DNA of 43,550 bases from Deferribacterales bacterium (lineage in GTDB: Bacteria > Chrysiogenota > Deferribacteres > Deferribacterales > Geovibrionaceae), in the NCBI GenBank assembly GCA_050253335.1, contig JBFWJG010000015.1:1-43550 (forward strand). Reading direction: 5' to 3'. The position numbers were made by a program, and so were the translations under genes. The notes below the pieces were generated by a model, which made no database searches, was not told the DNA's origin, and saw nothing but the letters and a program-made list of their open reading frames with translations. Below, one piece after another: positions 38,032-43,550 of the stretch. How positions within the stretch are numbered: position 1 is the stretch's first letter; each line of letters begins with the position of its first letter.

Positions 38032-39129
38032 ATGATACGGCAGATAATAACCGAGCGTTTTGAAAGGGTTACCTTCAGCGGAAAATACGATGAGAAAAAA
38101 GTTTCGCCTCTGCTGAAGGAGGCCGACGCACGGTTTGCTGTTCTTAACAGCCTTCCTGTCACTCCGTATTCTTACCCGTTTCTGGATGAAATTTACAACA
38201 GATGCATATTCTCCTCCCTCACTGTTCAGAAAACCAATCTTGACAGCGAGGACGCCCTTAACCTCCTGCGCATTCTTCAGGACAGCTATCACCGGCCTGC
38301 CGCGGAAAAAGCCCTCGCCAACCTGCGCATAGTCTACGGTCTTATCGATTCCATAGTGCCTTCCGGTGAGCCGTTTATCCTTACACCCGATTTCATCAAG
38401 CGTCTGCACATGCACATAACCTTTGATGTCAGAGCGGAAGGCAACATTCCCGGCAGCTTCAGAACAAAAGCCGCCGGAATCAAATACTTTTCCCCTCCGG
38501 GCAGAGACATTTCCCGCCTTGTCAGGGAATTCTGCGACTGGTTCAACAGCGAACTGCTGAATGTTCATCCGCTGATACGCGCATGCCTCGCCCACTACCA
38601 CATAAGCCTTCTTCACCCTTTCGGTGACGGAAACGGACGAACGGCACGAAGCGTTGAAGCCGCCATACTCAAAAAGAGCGGGTACAGGTATCTCTACCGC
38701 TCCATCGGCATTTATTACAAAGAGAGCAGGATCGAGTATTACCGTAGCTTCCGCAAAAGCGAAAAGACGGGCGGCTTTGATCTCACTCCGTTTGTATGTT
38801 TCTTTCTGGAAGGGGTATGCAGGTCTTTTACCGCCGTCACTGATGTTCTGCTGGCAGGTTTGAGGATAAGCGCGGTTAAGGATTTCTTCGAATGGCTGAA
38901 ATCAGAAAACAGGATCAACACACGGCAGCATAAACTTCTTTACGCTCTCTTTGAGGCCGACAGAACGGTCTCCGAGGAGGAACTTTTCAGGAACCCTGTT
39001 TTTTCAAAGCTTTATGAGAATGATTCCCCTGATGAGCGGGCAGACGATCTCAGGAATCTTGCGGCCAACGGGATAATCTTCATGCAGGAGGGCGGCTTCA
39101 GCCTTAACAGGAACCTTCCGCAGAAATAG
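38032..39129 (+). CDS. Fic-family protein
   Basis: Canonical HPFGDGNGRTAR motif. Confidence 0.9.
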   Translation: MIRQIITERFERVTFSGKYDEKKVSPLLKEADARFAVLNSLPVTPYSYPFLDEIYNRCIFSSLTVQKTNLDSEDALNLLRILQDSYHRPAAEKALANLRIVYGLIDSIVPSGEPFILTPDFIKRLHMHITFDVRAEGNIPGSFRTKAAGIKYFSPPGRDISRLVREFCDWFNSELLNVHPLIRACLAHYHISLLHPFGDGNGRTARSVEAAILKKSGYRYLYRSIGIYYKESRIEYYRSFRKSEKTGGFDLTPFVCFFLEGVCRSFTAVTDVLLAGLRISAVKDFFEWLKSENRINTRQHKLLYALFEADRTVSEEELFRNPVFSKLYENDSPDERADDLRNLAANGIIFMQEGGFSLNRNLPQK

Positions 39130-40738
39130 GCTTCTGATGCCTGTCCAGTATAATGGTGAAAACAGCTCCGGATTCGCCGTTTCTTGCACGCACCTCTCCG
39201 CCCATATTGTTTTCCACAATAGCGCGAACCATATAAAGACCGATCCCTGAGCCCTGTTCCGAGCTTTTTGTGGTGAAGTAAGGATCAAATATTTTTTTCA
39301 GGAGCGGTTCGGGAATCCCCCCGCCGTTGTCTTCGATATCGATGAATATGCGCCCATCCGAATCAGATATGCTCACGCTGATTCTGCCGCTCCCGGTGAG
39401 AGCGCCCCGTTTCTTAGCACTCTCTATGGCGTCTTTAGCATTGTTGAAAATGTTAAGCAGAACCTGCATGAATTCATTGCGGTAGCCTTCGACATGGACA
39501 TCGTTCCGTCCGCAGTTTTCACAATCTATAAGGATGTTAGGACTGTCTATGTTCTTCAGGTGCTTAGGAGTGAAGCTGCCGTTGCTTTTTTTCAGATCGC
39601 ACTTCATCTCAATGCAGAGGTCATGGGAAATAGCCTGATGGGAAAAAATCTTGAGCGTAGGCCAGAGCGCATCCTCAATGGTGAACAGACTGCGCTCCTT
39701 GGAGGGGCGGAGGAAGTCCATGAAATCCTTCACGGTTTCAGTCATGTAGGATATCTGTTCAGCGGAAGTGTTGTGCACCCAGTCTATATATTCCTTTTCA
39801 AGCCCGCCCGCGTCATACGTCCGCACCAGATCCTGCAGAAGCATACTCACTGCGCTGAGGGGCTGTTTCCACTGGTGGGCTATTGAGCGGAGCATGGCGC
39901 CCATTTCCGCCAGCTTTGACTGCTGAATAAGGAGCTGTTCCTGCTCGTATCTTTTGAGGGATTCAACCTTCACCTTTTCCTCAAGGCTGTTCTGAAGCTC
40001 CTTCAGGTCAGATATGTCTATAGTGCTTCCTATTCCCGCAAACTCGCCGTCAATCATCACTGTGTTGGTGGCAACCCGCACAGTGCGGATTTCACCCGAC
40101 TTGGTGATTATTTTGCGTTCATGGTATTTCTGGTCGAAAACTTCGCCAGCCAGCCTGCGGAGAACATTATCCTTAACAAACTGCCTGTCGTCCTCATGGA
40201 CTATTTCCCACGGGGCCATGCGCTTGAGCTCTTCCATTGAATAGCCCGTTTTGGCGAGGTACTCCGGATTTGCGTATATATATTTGTCTTTGTAGATATA
40301 AATTCCGGCGAATGAGTTTTCGGTCAGTATGCGGAAGAGCCTGTCTGTCTCAGCTAGTTTTCTGGCCTGCCTGTCCAGAGAGGAATCAGGTTCAAAAACA
40401 ACCATGCAGGCGTTCCTGCCTTCGAAATCTATACTTTTGATCTCGCTCTTAAATGAAACAAGCGCCCCTGATGCAGTCTGAAAGCTGAAATGCCCGTCCA
40501 TCCGGCAGTCGTATATCTCTTCAAAGAGGCATGAACTGAGCAGTTTTGAATCCACAGGGAAAAGTTCGCTGGGGTCTTTCCCCTCAAGGCTTCCGGAGAG
40601 ATAGCCCAGAGCCTTCTCAGCGGCTGAGTTGCTGAAAATAACAGTCCCGTTGAAGACAAGGATGCCTTTCCCTAAGGAATCGAGTATGGATGCAAGAAGA
40701 GCTGAGTTGTTTCCCGAGGAACAATTTTCACCAATCAT
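39104..40738 (-). CDS. PAS-domain sensor histidine kinase
   Basis: Two PAS domains; AHQWKQPL, NAKDA, DNGGG, FDPYFTTK and GSGIGL boxes. Confidence 0.92.
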   Translation of the reverse strand: MIGENCSSGNNSALLASILDSLGKGILVFNGTVIFSNSAAEKALGYLSGSLEGKDPSELFPVDSKLLSSCLFEEIYDCRMDGHFSFQTASGALVSFKSEIKSIDFEGRNACMVVFEPDSSLDRQARKLAETDRLFRILTENSFAGIYIYKDKYIYANPEYLAKTGYSMEELKRMAPWEIVHEDDRQFVKDNVLRRLAGEVFDQKYHERKIITKSGEIRTVRVATNTVMIDGEFAGIGSTIDISDLKELQNSLEEKVKVESLKRYEQEQLLIQQSKLAEMGAMLRSIAHQWKQPLSAVSMLLQDLVRTYDAGGLEKEYIDWVHNTSAEQISYMTETVKDFMDFLRPSKERSLFTIEDALWPTLKIFSHQAISHDLCIEMKCDLKKSNGSFTPKHLKNIDSPNILIDCENCGRNDVHVEGYRNEFMQVLLNIFNNAKDAIESAKKRGALTGSGRISVSISDSDGRIFIDIEDNGGGIPEPLLKKIFDPYFTTKSSEQGSGIGLYMVRAIVENNMGGEVRARNGESGAVFTIILDRHQKPISAEGSC

Positions 40739-40914
40739 TAAAAACAGATCCTTCCTGAAAGCAGATTTAACTTTATTATAACAATATTATATACGTTGTA
40801 CAGTTTTTTCAATTGGTTATACTGAATTTTTTCAACAATGGAAAAAACTTTTATCAATAAAGAATCTGTTTTAAACATATGTTCTGTATCTGTTACAACT
40901 CAGTCTGCTTCAAT

Positions 40915-40943
40915 AAAAAAAGGGGTGCCCGAAGACACCCCTT
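40915..40943 (-). terminator. Rho-independent terminator of the oxidoreductase operon
   Basis: AAGGGGTG...CACCCCTT inverted repeat with an A run on its left. Confidence 0.85.
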
Positions 40944-40967
40944 CTGAAATCCTGTTAATATTCGATG

Positions 40968-41510
40968 CTACATTGCAGCTTTGGCGAGTTCTGCGCCTGC
41001 CGCGAGTGCTTTTTTGTTGAGTTCCTCAGTTCCTTTGGGAACACGGCTGAGAACCGCTTTCTCAAGGGTTGCGGGATCCACAAGGTTGCAGAAAGCGTTG
41101 ACAGCGCCGAGGGTTACAACGTTTGCAACCATAGCCTTGCCTACTTTCTCAGCAGCGGTCACGATTATATCGAGACCGACAACCTTGAACTTCCCTTCGG
41201 GAGCCTTTTTAACCATAAGGTTGTCTACTATGAGAAGGCCTGTGTCTTTCAGGTCTTTGCAGTATTTGTCAGCGGCTTCCTGAGTAAGGGCCACAACAAC
41301 ATCAGGGTTCATTACCTTGGGGTAGTAGATATCATCATCACTGATGATAACCTCTGCCTTGCTCGCTCCGCCTCTTGCTTCAGGTCCGTATGACTGGGAC
41401 TGAATGGCTTTTTTACCTTCGTAAACGGAAGCAGCCATGGCAAGGATAATGCCGGCAGTAATCATACCCTGTCCGCCGGAACCGCTAAGTCTTATCTCAC
41501 TTCTAGCCAT
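40968..41510 (-). CDS. korC: 2-oxoacid:ferredoxin oxidoreductase gamma subunit
   Basis: GSGGQG, SYGPEARGG and NKKAL motifs. Confidence 0.9.
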   Translation of the reverse strand: MARSEIRLSGSGGQGMITAGIILAMAASVYEGKKAIQSQSYGPEARGGASKAEVIISDDDIYYPKVMNPDVVVALTQEAADKYCKDLKDTGLLIVDNLMVKKAPEGKFKVVGLDIIVTAAEKVGKAMVANVVTLGAVNAFCNLVDPATLEKAVLSRVPKGTEELNKKALAAGAELAKAAM

Positions 41511-41523
41511 TTTCAATCACTCC

Positions 41524-42330
41524 TTACTTCAAACCGACCTGAGCGTCGTAAGCTTCGACGTACTCAGGTTTCTGAACTTCATGCAGAACGCCGATGGCGA
41601 ATTTGCCTTCCATCTCTTCCGCACTCATTTCCTTGGCTTTGTTCGCGGGAACCGCGTTCTCTTTCTGCCAGAGGATCATGTTTGCGGGTGAGCCCTGTTT
41701 GTTTTTGCGTCCGTAGCCTGTGGGGCAGCCGGCCATGATTTCCACAACGCTGAAGCCTTTGTGGTCAAGAGCCTGCTTGATCAGCTTTTCCATAGGAACA
41801 GCGTGGTAAGTAGTCGTTCTTGCGACGAAAGTCGCTCCTGCGCCTATTGCGAGCTGAGCTATGTCAAACTGGTTGTCCGCGTTGCCGTAGGGAACAGTTG
41901 TCGCTTTTGCTCCCTTGGGAGTTGTGGGCGAATACTGACCGCCGGTCATGCCGTATATGTAGTTGTTGAAAACAAAGCATGTTATGTCGATGTTTCTTCT
42001 GCACGCGTGGATGAAGTGGTTTCCGCCGATGGCTGTCATGTCGCCGTCACCGCCGAGAGCGATAACTTTCAGCTTGGGGTTAGCCACTTTTACGCCTGTG
42101 GCGAAAGCCAGCGAGCGTCCGTGAGTCGTGTGCAGAGTGTTGAAGTCCATGTAGCCGGGAAGACGGCTTGCGCAGCCGATGCCTGAGGTAAGAACGATCT
42201 CGTCCTTGTTGAGGCCTGTGGCATCTATTGCTCTGATAAGGGACTTCATAATTATGCCGTAGCCGCAGCCGGGGCACCATATATGGGGTATTTTACCTGA
42301 TCTGAGGTATTTGCTGTAATCGTAAGCCAT
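41524..42330 (-). CDS. korB: 2-oxoacid:ferredoxin oxidoreductase beta subunit
   Basis: WCPGCG, SGIGC, HGR, GDGD and YGMTGGQYSPT motifs. Confidence 0.93.
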   Translation of the reverse strand: MAYDYSKYLRSGKIPHIWCPGCGYGIIMKSLIRAIDATGLNKDEIVLTSGIGCASRLPGYMDFNTLHTTHGRSLAFATGVKVANPKLKVIALGGDGDMTAIGGNHFIHACRRNIDITCFVFNNYIYGMTGGQYSPTTPKGAKATTVPYGNADNQFDIAQLAIGAGATFVARTTTYHAVPMEKLIKQALDHKGFSVVEIMAGCPTGYGRKNKQGSPANMILWQKENAVPANKAKEMSAEEMEGKFAIGVLHEVQKPEYVEAYDAQVGLK

Positions 42331-43463
42331 TACTTAGCCCTCCTGATTTCATCCATGATCTCAACGGGCGTGATCGGGTCGGAGTCAATTTTATTGATTC
42401 CAACAACCTGCGCCTGTCCTTTCACGACTCTGTCGACTTCAAGTTTGATCATGCCGAGGTTAAGCTCGGGAACGATAAACTTTTTAGCTTTGCCGACATA
42501 TTTCTCAAGATGCTTCTCAGGGAAAGGCCAGATAGTAAGGGGTCTGAAAAGACCTACCTTTATTCCTTCTGCTCTTGCCTTGATAACGGCTTCTTTTGCG
42601 GAGCGTGCTGAGCTGCCGTATGCGAAAATTATGATTTCCGCGTCCGCGCACTCAAACTCTTCCACTTTCACTATGTCGTCATAGTGATGCATTACTTTGT
42701 TTTCCTGACGGATCTCATCAGCCTGAGCCATTTTACCGTTGTTAGAGGGGAAACCGTCCTCAGCGTGGTTGAGTCCCGTGATGTGGTATCTGTAGCCTGA
42801 GCCGAAATCAGCCATCGGGGGTACGAGGTCTGCTTCGGGTCTGTAGGGTTTATAGTCTTTCGGATCGCATGTGGGTCTCTTGCGGTCTATGACCTCAAGT
42901 TCGCCGGGTTCGGGAATCTCGATAGCTTCCCTCATGTGACCGATAATTTCATCAGTGAGAACGATTACGGGCATTCTGTACTTTTCTGAGAGGTTGAATG
43001 CGCGCACTGTTTCGTTAAGCTGCTCCTGCACTGTGGAAGGAGTGAGGACTATTGCGGGGTGGTCTCCGTGAGTTCCCCATTTAGCCTGCATAACGTCGGA
43101 CTGACCGGGTCCTGTGGGAAGACCTGTTGAAGGGCCGCCTCTCATAACGTTAACGATAACACAGGGTACCTCTGTGAGATACGCGTAGCCGAGGTTCTCC
43201 ATTTTAAGAGACATACCGGGGCCTGATGTTGCCGTCAGTGATTTTTTGCCTGCGATTGAACCGCCTATTGTCGCCGCCATAGCAGCAAGTTCGTCTTCCA
43301 TCTGGATGAAGCGTCCGCCTACCTTGGGCAGTGAAGCCGAAAGACCTTCAGCAATTTCGGTTGAAGGCGTTATGGGGTAGCCTGCGTAAAACCTGCAGCC
43401 CGCATAAAGGGCGCCTTCACATACTGCTTCGTTTCCTTGAAGGAATCTAATTTCTCTAGCCAC
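42330..43463 (-). CDS. korA: 2-oxoacid:ferredoxin oxidoreductase alpha subunit
   Basis: GYPITPSTE, QMEDE, TATSGPG and RGGPSTG motifs; GTG start after a GGAGG RBS. Confidence 0.93.
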   Translation of the reverse strand: MAREIRFLQGNEAVCEGALYAGCRFYAGYPITPSTEIAEGLSASLPKVGGRFIQMEDELAAMAATIGGSIAGKKSLTATSGPGMSLKMENLGYAYLTEVPCVIVNVMRGGPSTGLPTGPGQSDVMQAKWGTHGDHPAIVLTPSTVQEQLNETVRAFNLSEKYRMPVIVLTDEIIGHMREAIEIPEPGELEVIDRKRPTCDPKDYKPYRPEADLVPPMADFGSGYRYHITGLNHAEDGFPSNNGKMAQADEIRQENKVMHHYDDIVKVEEFECADAEIIIFAYGSSARSAKEAVIKARAEGIKVGLFRPLTIWPFPEKHLEKYVGKAKKFIVPELNLGMIKLEVDRVVKGQAQVVGINKIDSDPITPVEIMDEIRRAK

Positions 43464-43475
43464 AAATTCCTCCTG

Positions 43476-43550
43476 TTAGCCTTTTTTATAAACTTCGATT
43501 GCAAAGTCGGGACACCTAAGCTCGCACTGCATGCAAGCTATGCACTTGTC
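43476..43550 (-). CDS. korD: 3' end of the 4Fe-4S ferredoxin (delta) subunit; truncated by the window
   Basis: Translates as DKCIACMQCELRCPDFAIEVYKKG*, a CxxCxxCxxxCP motif. Confidence 0.85.
   Translation of the reverse strand, partial: DKCIACMQCELRCPDFAIEVYKKG

Overview
A chromosomal segment from an anaerobic bacterium. Gene content suggests Deferribacterales, which is inferred and not confirmed. From left to right it holds: the 3' part of a trmD fused to a second SPOUT methyltransferase; rplS, rplM and rpsI; a ~1.08 kb AT-rich non-coding interval rich in DnaA-box-like 9-mers; a CheW-linker-CheZ fusion; a FlhG/MinD ATPase and a DUF2062 membrane protein; and three phage-repressor-like XRE/S24 genes around tRNA-Pro(CGG). 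Next come a PilZ protein, an isolated intact terminase-small/terminase-large/Mu-type portal trio with no other phage genes, and two degenerate histidine kinases. The rest comprises a molybdopterin oxidoreductase, a transglutaminase-like protein, an M1 peptidase-ChaN-PDZ fusion, a diguanylate cyclase, a ROK kinase, a spore photoproduct lyase-like radical SAM enzyme, ftsY, an MCP, smc, a DEAD-box helicase, a 3-copy palindromic repeat, two PAS kinases, a Fic protein and the 2-oxoacid:ferredoxin oxidoreductase operon. The best candidates for undescribed biology are: the stand-alone DNA-packaging module with nearby non-cleavable repressors (a possible split gene transfer agent); the CheW-CheZ fusion with an A10 slippery tract that meets a stop in both shifted frames; and the DnaA-box cluster that is not next to dnaA. 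All calls come from reading motifs by eye, and no searches were run.
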